In this document: piece after piece, positions 1-12,100 of the stretch | How positions within the stretch are numbered: position 1 is the stretch's first letter | Layout: each line of letters starts with the position of its first letter | NCBI GenBank assembly: GCA_038087875.1 | Contig: CM075999.1 | Span: forward strand, 2,234,001 to 2,298,000 | DNA from: Malacoraja senta | Taxonomy: Eukaryota | Direction of reading: 5' to 3' | Length of the DNA: 64,000 nt | Translations under genes and position numbers: made by a program | The notes under the pieces: model-generated | Told to the model about the DNA's origin: nothing | Databases searched by the model: none | What the model saw: only the letters and a program-made list of their open reading frames with translations

Positions 1-373
1 TCTGAGGATGTGTGAGAATGAGTACAGCTCATGTGCATAAATTACATGGATATTGTCACAGATATGTTTACAACATCTGGATATTGTTTAAAGGGGGGGG
101 GGGGTGTCGGAACACATTACCAGGCGTGCTGGTGGATAGGCTTATTGTGGACTGGATAGCACAGATCAGCTTTTCACTGTAACTCAGTACACATGACAAT
201 AATAAACTAAACTACAATGATATTTATGAGGCTATTATGGATATGCAGGGAATGGAGGGATATGGGTCTCGAGCAGGCAGATAAGGGGTGGTCCTGGTAT
301 CATATTCAGCACAGACATTGTGGGTCGAAGGGCCAGTTTCCTATGCCGTACAATTCTATATTCTATAACAAAG

Positions 374-701
374 GGGCGGCACGGTGGCGCAGCGGTAGAG
401 TTGCTGCCTTACAGCGCTTGCCGTGCCGGAGACCTGGGTTCAATCCCGAACACGGGTCCTGCCTGTACAGAGTTTGTACGTTCTCCCCGTAACCTGCGTG
501 GGTTTTCTCCGAGATCGTCAGTTTTCTCCCACACTCCAAAGACGTACAGGTTTGTAGGTTAATTGGCTTGGTATAAATGTTAAAATTGTTCCTGGTGTGT
601 GTAGGATAGTGTTAATGTGCGTGGATCGCTGGTCGGTGCGGATTTGGTGGGCCGAAGGGCCTGTTTCCGCGCTGTATTTCTAAACTAAACTAAACTAAAC
701 T
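374..701 (+). mobile_element. HE1-type tRNA-derived V-SINE (full length)
   Basis: tRNA-like head GGCACGGTGGCGCAGCGG...GGTTCAATCC (A/B boxes), V-domain GGAGTTTGTACGTTCTCCCCGT...CCCACACTCCAAAGAC, CR1-like tail GGGCCGAAGGGCCTGTTTCC plus (TAAAC)n. Confidence 0.88.
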
Positions 702-974
702 AGAAGATCCGGGTGCTGTCTGTACGGAGTTTGCACGTTCTCCACATGACCTGCCTGGGTTTTCTCCAGGTTCTTCCCCCCCCCCTCCCCCCGGTTTCCT
801 CTCACTCCAAAGACGTGCAGTTTTGTAGGTTAATTGGCCTCCGACCCGAAATGTCACCCGCCCATTTCCCCCAGAGTTGCTGCCTGACCCACTGAGGAAC
901 TCCAGCACTTTGTGTCTATCTTTGGTATAAACCAGCATCTGCAGCTCCTTCCTATACTTGGTTTAGTTTGTGTT

Positions 975-1280
975 CGTAGTTTAGAGATACAATGTGGAAA
1001 GAGGCCCTTCGGCCCACCGAGTCCGTGCCGACCAGCGATCCACCCACGCTAACACTATCCTACACACACTAGGGAAATTTTACAATTTTACCGAAGCCAA
1101 TTAACCTAAAAAAAACCCCACGTCTTTGGAGTGTGGCAGGAAACCAGAGCACCCGGAGAAAACCCGCGCAGGTCACGGGGAGAACGTACAAACTCCGTAC
1201 AGACAGCGCCCCGTAGTCAGGATCGAACCCGGGTCTCTGGCGCTGTGAGGCAGCAACTCTACCGCTGCGCCACCGTGCCA
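975..1280 (-). mobile_element. HE1-type SINE
   Basis: Reverse complement of the same consensus. Confidence 0.85.
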
Positions 1281-1984
1281 CAGTGTTCAAGAGCCTGATG
1301 GTTGTTGGGAAGAAGCTGCTCCTGAACCTGCAGGTCACACACATGTCGATATCTTCCACTGCGCCTCCAATCTGGGCGATATCAATTTTGCTGGCTTCTG
1401 AATGCCAATTATATCTCAACTGTATAACCTTTAGAACTGCGAGCTGGTTTAGCTTGCCGAGTTATTACATTCTGGGCTGGTTTAGCCCAGCTGCTTTTTG
1501 TCCATTTACTCGTGGGGAATTTAATCTTCTTTCTTAGAAACGTTATTGAAGCATCGGTTCCGTGACAAGTGAAAATCAGTGATAAAAATCCTGTCTTTGC
1601 CAATTGTCACTTAAACCTCATTCTTCCACGCCACTTAAATTAAAACGCTGCTCTTTTTTTGTAATATGGAGAATGACGAGCCAGTAAAATATTAAATTAT
1701 TTCTTGAAGCTGCTGTGCTTGACATCGACTTTCAATTGTGCATGAGGTAATTTGGTGATGAAAGGACAGTTTCCCAGATGATTAGGACATGGGACATTAA
1801 AATTTAAACAGCTCTCCAGTAATATCAGGATATCTAGTTTACCATTCAATGATTGTATGTTTTTAACTTAAAAACTGATTGGCAACATTTAGTGTTTGTC
1901 GAGGAAGGGATAGATTTCAACTTTATAAACTAATTTCAAATGAGTCGTACAATTGGGTGCACTTTTCCGTTTAGTTTAGTTTTG

Positions 1985-2672
1985 ATTAGTTTAGAGATAC
2001 CGCGCGGAAACAGGCCCTTCGGCCCACCGGGTCCGCGCTGACCTGCGATCCCCGCACACTAAAGCCCCCGTCCCACGATGCGAGTTCACCCAAGAGCTCT
2101 CCCGAGTAAAAAAAAAAAAATCAAACTCGTGGTATGTACATAGCGGGTACGTCGGAGCTTGTGGATGTCCCGTAGCGGCTCGTAATGCTAACGGCAGGTA
2201 CTCGGGGAAACGGGGTAACTCGTGACGTTTTTTCAACACTGGTGAAAAATGTCCAAGAGTTTCCCGAGTACCTGCCGTTAGTTACCGCGTTTCCCGAGTA
2301 CCTGCCGTTCGCATTACGAGCCGCTACGGGACATCCACGAGGTCCTACGTACATTCTACGTACTTACCACGAGTTTGATTTTTTTTTTTTAACTCGGGAG
2401 AGCTCTTGGGTGAACTCGCATCGTGGGACAGGGGCTTAACACTACCCTACACACACTAGGGGCGATTTTACATTCATACCAAGCCAATTAACCTACAAAC
2501 CTGTACGTCTTTGGATTGTGGGAGGAAACCGGGGCACCTGGAGAAAACCCACGCAGGTCACGGGGAGAACGTGCAAACTCCGTACAGACTGCACCCGTAA
2601 TCGGACGGAACCCGGGTCTCTGGTGCTGTAAGCGCTGTTAGGCAGCGACTCTACCGCTGCGCCACCGTGTTG
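1985..2672 (-). mobile_element. HE1-type SINE interrupted by a MITE
   Basis: SINE consensus is split at ...CCCGCACAC-TAA-CACT... by the element at 2063-2436. Confidence 0.85.
2063..2436. mobile_element. PIF/Harbinger-like MITE, long inverted repeats, TAA TSD
   Basis: TAA|AGCCCCCGTCCCACGATGCGAGTTCACCCAAGAGCTCTCCCGAGT ... ACTCGGGAGAGCTCTTGGGTGAACTCGCATCGTGGGACAGGGGCT|TAA. The empty site can be reconstructed in the host SINE. Confidence 0.85.
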
Positions 2673-3229
2673 CCCTTTGCATTGGCTTTGCTGAGTAATG
2701 AGCAGGTTTTTAGTCTCGTAAAGATTGTTGTACAATCAAAAGTGGAGGTGAATTAATTATTTGGATTTCTATTCAATTTGTTTCTTGATTGTCCATGGTA
2801 ACTGGAAGAAACTGATAACCAAACTAAAATAAGGTCTCTGTGAAAGTTGTGAAGGCTCCACAAGCTCCGTGGTGTTGGGAAAATAGATGTTCTCTGGATT
2901 TAGTTTGTTTAGGAATACAGAGTGGATATAGGCCTTTCAGCCCATCGAGCCCACACTGCCCATCGATCACCCATTCACACTATTTATTCTAGGATATCCT
3001 CTATTTTCATCCACTGCCTACACACTAGGGGCAATATTTTACAGAAGCCAATCAACCTACTAATCCACAAGTTTGTGGGATTCATAAGTGATAGGAGCAG
3101 AATTAGGCCATTCGGCCCATCAAGTCTACTCCGCCATTCAGTCACGGACGATCTATCTCTCCCTCCTAACCTCATTCAGGGGTTTGCTTTGAATACAACC
3201 CGGCAAAATTGGTCGGCAAAATTGGTGTT

Positions 3230-3533
3230 GTAGCGTTAGTTCTACTGCCTCACAGCAACAGAGATCCGGGTTCGATCCTGACAAGGGTTGCTGTCTGTAC
3301 GGAGTTTGTACATTCGCCCTGTGACCTGCGTGGGTGTTCTCCGAGACCTTCAGTTTCCTCCCACACTCCATAGACACACAGGAGTGTAGGTTAAGTGGCT
3401 TGGTGTAAATGTAACATTGTACCCAGTGTGTGTGTGGGATAGTGTTAGTGTGCGGGGATCGCTGGTCGGTGCGGACACGGTGGGCCGAAGGGCCTGTTTC
3501 CGCGCTGTATCTCTAAACTAATCTAAACTAAAA
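3230..3533 (+). mobile_element. HE1-type SINE
   Basis: B box GGTTCGATCC, V-domain, (TAAAC)n tail. Confidence 0.85.
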
Positions 3534-4085
3534 CCATACAGCAGACCTCACCTGGGCAGTACACAAGAGTCAAAATGTTTTAATCTCGTATGAACTTTCG
3601 TTGATGATTGCATTCCCTGCATTGGGCTTGAGAAATTGTCACCAACATCAATAGCAAGGTTTGTATTTCTTTGGGCTTTTCACGGCTGCGGAAGGCCCCA
3701 AAGCATTTCACACCACTTGAATAGACAATAGTTGCAGGAGTAGGTCATTCGGTCCTTCGAGACAGTACCACCATTCAATGTGATCATGGCTGATCATCCC
3801 CAATCAGTGCCCCGTTCCTGCCTTCTCCCCATATCCCCTGACTCCGCTATCTCTAAGAGCCCTGTCAAGCTCTCTCTTGAAAGCATCCAGAGAACCTGCC
3901 TCCACCGCCCTCTGAGGCAGAAAATTCCACAGACTCACAACTCTCTGGGTGAAAAAGTGTTTCCTCATCTCCGTTCTAAATGGCTTGCCCCTTATTCTTA
4001 AACTGTGTGGCCCCTGGTTCTGTAATCCCCCAACATCGGGAACATGGAACAATGAAGTACCGTCTATGGGCAGAGATTGGGAATT

Positions 4086-4420
4086 AGTTTAGTTTAGTTT
4101 GGTTTAGAGATACAGCGTGGAAATAGGCCCTTCTGCCCACCGAGTCCGTGCTGACCAACAATCACCCCGTGCACTAGTTCGATCCTACACACACCAGGGA
4201 CAATTTACAGAAGCCAATTAACCTACAAACCCGCACGTCTTTGGAATGTGGGGGGAAACCGGAGCACCCGGAGAAAACCCACGTGGTCACAGAGAGAACG
4301 TGCAAACTCCGTACAGACAGCACCCATAGTCAGAAGGTAGGCTCAAGTAGCTGGAGTCAGGATCGAACCTGGGTCTCTGCTGCTCTAAGGCAACAACTCT
4401 ACCGCTGCGCCACGGTGTTG
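4086..4420 (-). mobile_element. HE1-type SINE
   Basis: Reverse consensus with (GTTTA)n at the left end. Confidence 0.85.
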
Positions 4421-4720
4421 CCCCAATTGTAGCAGTTAATAGAGGCAGGTACTATAATAATATTAAATAGGTATTTGGAGAGGTACATGGATAGGAAAGA
4501 TTTACAGGCAGATGCGGGCAGGTGGGGACTAGCGTAGATGAGGCATCTTGGTCACCACGGGCAAGTTGGGCCGAAGGGCCTGTTCCCATGCTGTCTGACT
4601 CTATGACTGCTAGTTCTGGACTGCAAAACAGGATCCTGTATCGTTGCATAATTGGGATAGAAACAAAAAGCTGGATTAACTCAGAGGGCCAGGCAGCATC
4701 TCTGGATAGAGGGAATGGGT

Positions 4721-4748
4721 GACGTTTCGGGTCGAGACCCTTCTTCAG
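4721..4748 (-). ncRNA. Minimal hammerhead ribozyme motif
   Basis: Plus strand GACGTTTCGGGTCGAGACCCTTCTTCAG is the reverse complement of the same 28-mer. Confidence 0.75.
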
Positions 4749-4789
4749 ACTGAGAGTCAGGGGAGAGGAGTGAAAACGAGAGATGGTAT

Positions 4790-5092
4790 GTTCAAGAAGG
4801 AACTGCAGATGCTGGAAAATCGAAGGTAGACAAAAATGCTGGAGAAACTCAGCGGGTGCAGCAGCATCTATGGAGCCAGGGAAATAGGCAACGTTTCGGG
4901 CCGAAACCCGGAAGGAAATAGGCAACGTTTCGGGCCGAAACCCGGAAGGAAATAGGCAACGTTTCGGGCCGAAATCCTTTAGGAAATAGGTAACGTTTCA
5001 GGCCGAAACCCGCTAGGGTTTCGGCCCGAAACGTTGCCTATTTCCCTCACTCCATAGATGCTGCCTCACCCGCTGAGTTTCTCCAGCACTTG
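4790..5092 (-). mobile_element. Non-autonomous Penelope-derived palindromic insertion with short 34-bp array; 10-bp TSD
   Basis: GAGATGGTAT at 4780-4789 and 5093-5102. About 4 reverse copies of the 34-mer, then an inverted arm. Confidence 0.8.
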
Positions 5093-5570
5093 GAGATGGT
5101 ATAACTGGGATCTGATTAAAACCCTGCACCAAGATTTGTTTTCATTGCAGCAATCAGAGACTGAAATAAAAACCTAAAGCTTTTATTAAAATCATAATTT
5201 TACGTTTACCAAAACAAATTGCAATTTTACAATTGTGGCTGTGATTTGAAATAAGAAAGTAAGGCTTGGCTGAATGAACTGCCCAAGTCACTAAATTTAA
5301 AATTAATGCTTATAAATGTATTTTGTTGGCATGCAAAATAATTGTATTGGTTTGTTCCTTTGGGCATCTCACAGCAGCAACTGGGTTGAATTAGTTTACA
5401 CACAGTTGAGGCCTTTCAGGCAAAAAGATAGTTGAATCTGCAAATTAATATACATTTTCCTGCCTATGATTTTTTTTTAATATGACCCTGATAATTGCAA
5501 ATCTTGTCTAAGAAATATGTGGATCAGTCAAAATCCCAACGTAATGGGGGTAAAAGGGATTGTGTTTGGG

Positions 5571-6265
5571 TGAGAGAGTGCGGGCGCGAGTGTGTGTGAG
5601 CGAGTGTGTGGGCGCGAGTGTGGGCGCGAGTGTGGGCGAGAGCATGGGCGCTAGTGTGAGCGCTAGTGTGAAAGCGAGTGTGGGCGCGAGTGTGAGCGCG
5701 AGTGTGGGCGCGAGTGTGAACGCAAGTGTGAGCGCGAGTGTGGGCGCGAGTGTGGGCGCGAGCGTGGGTGCGAGTGTGAGCGCTAGTGTGAGCGTTAGTG
5801 TGTGTGAGAGTGTGAGCATTAGTGTGTGCGAGAGTGTGAGCGCGAGTGTGAGCGCGAGTGTGGGCGCGAGTGTGAGCGCGAGTGTGTGCGAGAGTGTGGG
5901 CGCGAATGTGGGCGCGAGTGTGAGCACGAGTGTGAGCGCGAGTGTGGGCGCGAGTGTGGGCGCGAGTGTGAGCACGAGTGTGGGCGCGAGTGTGGGCGCG
6001 AGTGTGGGCGCGAGTGTGGGCGCGAGTGTGGGCGCGAGTGTGGGCATGAGTGTGAGCGCGAGTGTGAGCGTTAATGTGAGCGTTAGTGTGGGCGCGAGTG
6101 TGAGCACGAGTGTGAGCGTTAGTGTGTGCGAGAGTGTGAGCGTTAGTGTGAGCGTTAGTGTGAGCGTTAATGTGAGCGTTAGTGTGGGCGCGAGTGTGAG
6201 CGCGAGTGTGGGCGTGAGTGTGAGCACGAGTGTGAGCGTTAATGTGAGCGTTAGTGTGAGCGTGA
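5571..6265. repeat. 12-bp minisatellite (GTGTGGGCGCGA / GTGTGAGCGTTA variants), ~58 units
   Basis: Direct reading. It produces the spurious VGAS/LAPT/ECGR ORFs. Confidence 0.95.
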
Positions 6266-6869
6266 GTCAGGGTGCTAGTTTATTGTCACGTGTAACGAGG
6301 TACAGTGAAAAGCATGTTGTTGCGTGCTATCCAGGCAGTGGAAAGACAATACATGATTATAACCGAGCCGTCCACAGTGTACAGATACAGGATAAAGGGA
6401 AATGTTGCTGCTGTAGGAGTAGAGGTTTAAAAGAGTGGAGCGATTATAAGGCGTGATTGCAGATCCACTTCTGTGACTCACACCCAAAGAGTCACCTCGG
6501 TTGGGAGCCATCGTGGTTTAAATTGCTCTGATGGGAATTGAAGCTGGTTCATGTGATATTTAGTTTAGTTTAGAGAAACAGAGCGGAACCTCCCACATAA
6601 ATGTAAATGATGTAAAAAATGTCAACTAACTTATCTACGCTTCTCATAACTTTATATACTTCTAACGTCTCTCCCCAACCTCTGATGTTCCAGAGAAAAC
6701 GATCCAAGTCTTTCCAACCTCTCTCTGTAGAAGAAACTCTCTAATTTCCGGCATGTTCATTGATAAAATGTAAAATGTTAAAATCTAAAATGTTACATCT
6801 GTTTCTTCATATTGAGTTGCCAACATGCTAAGGATTTCCCTGAATATTTGTATCTAATCCAGATTTAGT

Positions 6870-8208
6870 TTTTAGTTTAGTTTAGAGATGCAACATAAAA
6901 ACAGACCCTTCGGCCCAACCAGTCCATGCCGGCCAGCTATCCCCACACATTTTTTTTTTTTTATTATTTTTTTTTTTTTATTTTTATTTTTTATTTTTTA
7001 ATTTATTAGAAGTACATTACATTACAACCACATACATTAGTACTCGTCACTTATGTCTTCTTACAATTAATGTACTCCATTTGTTTTTTACACTAGTAAA
7101 AGGAAAGGATAAGATTGAAAGAAAGAAGAAAGTGAAGAATAGAGAGAGTACAGAGGAGATTTACTAGAATGTTGCCTGGGTTTCAGCAACTAAGTTACAG
7201 AGAAAGGTTGAACAAGTTAGGTCTTTATTCTTTGGAGCGCAGAAGGTTAAGAGGGGACTTGATAGAGGTCTTTAAAATTATAAGTGGGTTAGACAGAGTT
7301 GACGTGGATAAGCTTTTCCCATTGAGAGTAGGGAAGATTCAAACAAGGGGACATGACTTGAGAATTAAGGGACAGAAGTTTAGGGGGAACATTAGGGGGA
7401 ACTTCTTTACTCGGAGAGTGGTAGCTGTGTGGAATGAGCTTCCAGTGGAAGTGGTGGAGGCAGGTTCGATGTTATCCTTTAAAAATAGATTGGATGGGTA
7501 TATGGACGGGAAAGGAATGGAGGGTTATGGTCTGAGTGCAGGTAGATGGGACTAGGGGGAAGTATTTATTTTTAATTTAAAAAAAAAAAAAAAAAAAAAA
7601 TTTAATGTTCGGCACGGACTTGAAGGGCCGAGATGGCCTGTTTCCGTGCTGTTATGGTTATATGGTTATATGGTTATATGGTTATATGAAGGAAAAAGTG
7701 AGAGTGTAGAATAGAATAGAATAGAATAGAATAGAAACTTTATTTGCCACACGACCAGGGTTGGTGGTAATTGGGTTCGGTACATGATGGTACACTGCCG
7801 AACCCAATTACCAAAAATGTGACAACAAAAAAGGACGAAGACCCTATAAGAACAAAATTAAAAACAAAAGAAAAAGAGTTAAGAAATAGACCCTAGAAAA
7901 GAAGGAGAAAGAGAAAGAGGAAAAAGAGAGAAACAAATATTTTTTATGAACATTACGCAAATGGGACATACCAACACATTAACACTATCCTACACACTTT
8001 ACAATTTACATTAAATACCAAGTCAATTAACTTACAAACCTGTACGTCTTTGGAGTGTGGGAGGAAACCGAAGATCTCGGGGGAAAACCCACGCAGGTCA
8101 CGGGGAGAACGTACAAACTCCGTACAGACAGCACCCGTAGTCAGGATCGAACCCTGGGTCTCTGGCGCTGTGAGGCAGCAACTCTACCCGCTGCGCCACC
8201 GTGCTGCC
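6870..8208 (-). mobile_element. HE1-type SINE interrupted by an L1-like 3' end that itself contains a CR1 fragment
   Basis: SINE pieces 6870-6950 and 7975-8208 are joined by a repeated ACACATT. The inner segment has a T-rich tail and TTTATT (AATAAA on the minus strand). Confidence 0.7.
7141..7688 (+). mobile_element. CR1 LINE 3' fragment, same young subfamily as 43570-45550
   Basis: ORF 7169-7555 is nearly identical to the C-terminus of the 43697 ORF (ends GYGLSAGRWD). Tail (GGTTATAT)n at ~7650-7688. Confidence 0.92.
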
Positions 8209-8526
8209 CTTATAAGGCAATGTTTTAATTAATGAAACAAGAGCTACAACTATTTGACAACAAATCTTCCAAACGTTTATGTGTTTTACCGACAAATTTT
8301 AAAGAAATTGTGGGCTATTAAGGTGCCACAAAGTAATGGCTTCGAAGCCCATTATGAGTGATATGTCTGGCATAATGTTGTGGATAGATTTGTGGTATTC
8401 TGGCACATTTATATATTCAACTAAACATTGAAACATGATTTTCTAAACGTTTACAAAAGTGCAAGGAGAGGATCTTGCGTTCCATGTCACACACTTTCCC
8501 CATCAAAGGTCTGTCATATTGAACTT

Positions 8527-9144
8527 AGACAAAAATGCTGGAGAAACTCAGCGGGTGCAGCAGCATCTATGGAGCGAGGGAAATAGGCAACATTTCGGGC
8601 CGAAACCCTTCCGGGTTTCGGCCCGAAACGTTGCCTATTTCCTTCCGGGTTTCGGCCCGAAACTTTGCCTATTTCCTTCCGGGTTTCGGCCCGAAACGTT
8701 GCCTATTTCCTTCCGGGTTTCGGCCCGAAACGTTGCCTATTTCCTTCCGGGTTTCGGCCCGAAACGTTGCCTATTTCCTTCCGGGTTTCGGCCCGAAACG
8801 TTGCCTATTTCCTTCCGGGTTTCGGCCCGAAACTTTGCCTATTTCCTTCCGGGTTTCGGCCCGAAACTTCGCCTATTTCCTTCCGGGTTTCGGCCCGAAA
8901 CGTTGCCTATTTCCTTCCGGGTTTCGGCCCGAAACGTTGCCTATTTCCTTCCGGGTTTCGGCCCGAAACGTTGCCTATTTCCTTCCGGGTTTCGGCCCGA
9001 AACGTTCCCTATTTCCTTCCGGGTTTCGGCCCGAAACGTTGCCGATTTCCCTGGCTCCATAGATGCTGCTGCACCCGCTGAGTTTCTCCAGCATTTTTGT
9101 CTACCTTCGATTTTCCAGCATCTGCAGTTCCTTCTTAAACACTT
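8527..9144 (+). mobile_element. Non-autonomous Penelope-derived insertion: inverted arm, 13 x 34-bp tandem array, terminus; 15-bp TSD
   Basis: TGTCATATTGAACTT at 8512-8526 and 9145-9159. Unit CCGGGTTTCGGCCCGAAACGTTGCCTATTTCCTT starts every 34 bp from 8611 to 9019. Confidence 0.85.
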
Positions 9145-12100
9145 TGTCATATTGAACTTGTCAGCTCATCAAAGTTCTTGTGAAAGTCTGACAATAGGGC
9201 AATTTTGTGTAGTTGTGTAGTTCCGGGAGAAATATGTTTTGCAGGCATGTAATGTTTCAAACAAATTATAAGAACAGGAACCAGCATTTGACAATAGACA
9301 ATAGACAATAGGTGCAGGAGTAGGCCATTCGGCTCTTCGAGCCAGCACCACCATTCATGGCTGATCATCCCCAATCAGTACCCCGTTCCTCCCCATATCC
9401 CCTGACTCCGCTATTTTTAAGAGCCCTGTCTAGCTCTCTCTTGAATGTATCCAGAGAACCTGCCTCCACCGCCCTCTGATGCAGAAGGCCTCAGATGTAG
9501 TAAAGTTTAGTTTAGTACAGAGATGCAGTGAGGGAACTGGCCCTTCGGCCCATCGAGTCCGCGCCGACCAACAGTCACCAGAGGTAGAGTTGATGCCTCA
9601 CAGCGCCAGAGACACGGGTTCAATCCTGACTACGGGCGCTGTCTGTACGGAGTTTGGACGTTCTCCCCGTGACCGCGTGGGTTTTCTCCGGGCGCTCCGG
9701 TTCCCTCCCACACTCCAACGACGTACAGGTTTGTAAGTTCATTGGCTTCTGTAAATTGTGAATTGGCCCAAGTGTGTAGGATAGTGCTGGTGTGATCGCT
9801 GGTCGGCCCGGACTCGGAGGGTGGAAGGGCCTGTTGCCACACTGTATCTCTAAAACTAAAAACTAAAATGTCATGAGATTTTGTTCTTCAGTCAGCAGCC
9901 GTGTGATATAAACAATGAACAACATCCACGCTGGAACTCTAAATCTTAAGTCTAAAGTGTACCGAGGTACAGTGAACAACTTTGATCTGCATGTGGTCCA
10001 ATTAAATCCGATAATGCTGTTCATATATACAACAGGTGGAGCATAGGGAAAGATGCAGAGTGAAGAATATAATTCTCAGCATTGTAGTCCAACAGCTGGT
10101 AGAGCTGCTGCCTCACAGCGCCAGAGACATGGGTTCGATCCTGACCTCAGGTGCTGTCTGCGTGGAGTTTGCACGTTCTCCCTGAGACCACATGAGCTTC
10201 CTCCCCATGCTCCCATGTCACGAAGATGCACGGGTTTGTAGGTTATTTCCTTGTGAATAGATCAGGTCTTAGAGTCACACAGCGCGGAAACAGACCCTTC
10301 TGCCCAACTTGTCCATGCCGACCAGGATGCCCCATCTACACTGGTCCCACCTGCCCGCATTTGGCCCAAATGCTTCTCAACCTTTCCTAGTCATGTACCT
10401 GACCAAATGTCTTTTAAATTCTGTTATTGTACCTCAACTAATGGTCCAGGGGTGGCACTGTGGCACTGCTGGTGGGCTGAGGTCAAGGATTGAACCTCCA
10501 GCTATCCAGGGAGAGAACTCCAAAAATAGGCCAGCTTTTGTGTGAAAAGATTTCTCCTTTTCTCAGTCCTAAATAAGTTAATGAGTGATAGGAGCAGAAT
10601 TAGGCCATTTGGCCCATCGAGTCTACTCCGCCATTCAATCATGGCTGACCCGTACTGGTCAAGAATCCATCTATCTCTGCCTTAAAAATATCCATTGACT
10701 TGGCCTCCACAGCCGTCTGTGGCAATGAATTCCACAGATTCACCACCCTCTGACTAAAGAAATTCCTTCTCATCTCCTTCCTAAAAGAACATCCTTAAAT
10801 TCCGAGGCTTTGACCTCTGGTCCTAGACACTCCCACTAGTGGAAACATCCTCTCCACATAGACTCTATCCACATGGAGTCGTACAGCATGTAAACAGCCC
10901 CTTCAGCCCATTCATCCATGTCGACCAAGATGCCTCATCAATACTAGTCCCATTTGCCCAACATCCCTCTCAACCTTTCCTATTCTTGCACCTGTCCAAG
11001 TGTCTTTTAAATGTTGTCACAGTACCTGCCTCGAGTACCTCCTCTGACTCAAAATGCTGGAGTAACTCAGCGGGACAGGCAGCATCTCTGGAGAGAAGGA
11101 TCAAAAGATGCTGCCTGTCCTGCTGAGGTACTCCAGCATTTTGTGTCTATCTTTGGTCTAAACCAGCATCTGCAGTTCCTTCCGACAATACTTCCTCTGG
11201 CTGCTCGTTCCATAGACCCACCACCCTGTGTGAAAAAGTTGCCCCTCAGGATAGAAACATAGAAAATAGGTGCAGGAGTAGGCCATTCGGCCCTTCGAGC
11301 CGGTCAACATGATCATGGCTGATCATCCAAAATCAGTAACCTATTAAATTCTCCTATCAATTCACAGAAGGCAGTGGAGGCCAATTCACTGGATGTTTTC
11401 AAGAAAGAGTTAGATTTATCTCTTGGGGCTAACGGAATCAAGGGATATGGGGAAAAAGCAGGAACAGGGCACTGATTTTAGATGATCAGCCATGGTGCTG
11501 GCTCGAAGGGACGAATGGCCCTACTCCTGCACCTATTTTTCTATGTTTCTATGTTTCTGAAAGGTTCCTATTAATTCTTAACCCCCCCCCCCCTTACATT
11601 AAACCTATCAAGACATATTCACAGTTTGAAGAAGGGTCTCGACCCGAAACGTCACCTATTCCTTCACTCCATAGATGCTGCCTCACCCACTGAGTTTCTC
11701 CAGCATTTTTGTCTACCTTCACAGTTAACATAATTGGCTCTGAGATCACGAACAGTTAGATTCACCTGACATAAAATACCTAACCATCAAGCCTGACTTC
11801 ACCATGAATTAGTCCCAGGTTTCTAAGTAAAAATTCAACTTCCATAAAAATTCCATTTGGCATAACATATGCCATCCAGCTTTGTAGAGTTCATTAAGTA
11901 AGTCTAAATGGTGTGTGTCTCCCAGTGAATGGTGAAAGTTACATCAAGAAAGAAAGTTCAGTCGAGACCAGGTTCCACGCACAATGAATTTTTTTGCAAC
12001 ATTGAAGCCTAATGCAATATGTACAGTATTTGCATGTATATTGATTCAGCCCCGATAGAAAGAATGGAGGCGAAAAAATAGATTCTGGATGGTAATTTGC

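Noticed and set aside
374..455. SINE heads as functional tRNA genes
   Set aside because: tRNA-like A/B boxes continue into the V-domain and LINE tail with no proper cloverleaf.
5508..6456. Long ORFs (298, 239 aa) of VGAS/LAPT repeats
   Set aside because: Translation of a 12-bp minisatellite with no splice or homology support.
8611..9050. 34-bp repeat array resembling a CRISPR array
   Set aside because: No unique spacers, no cas genes, eukaryotic context. The unit derives from the Penelope terminal repeat.
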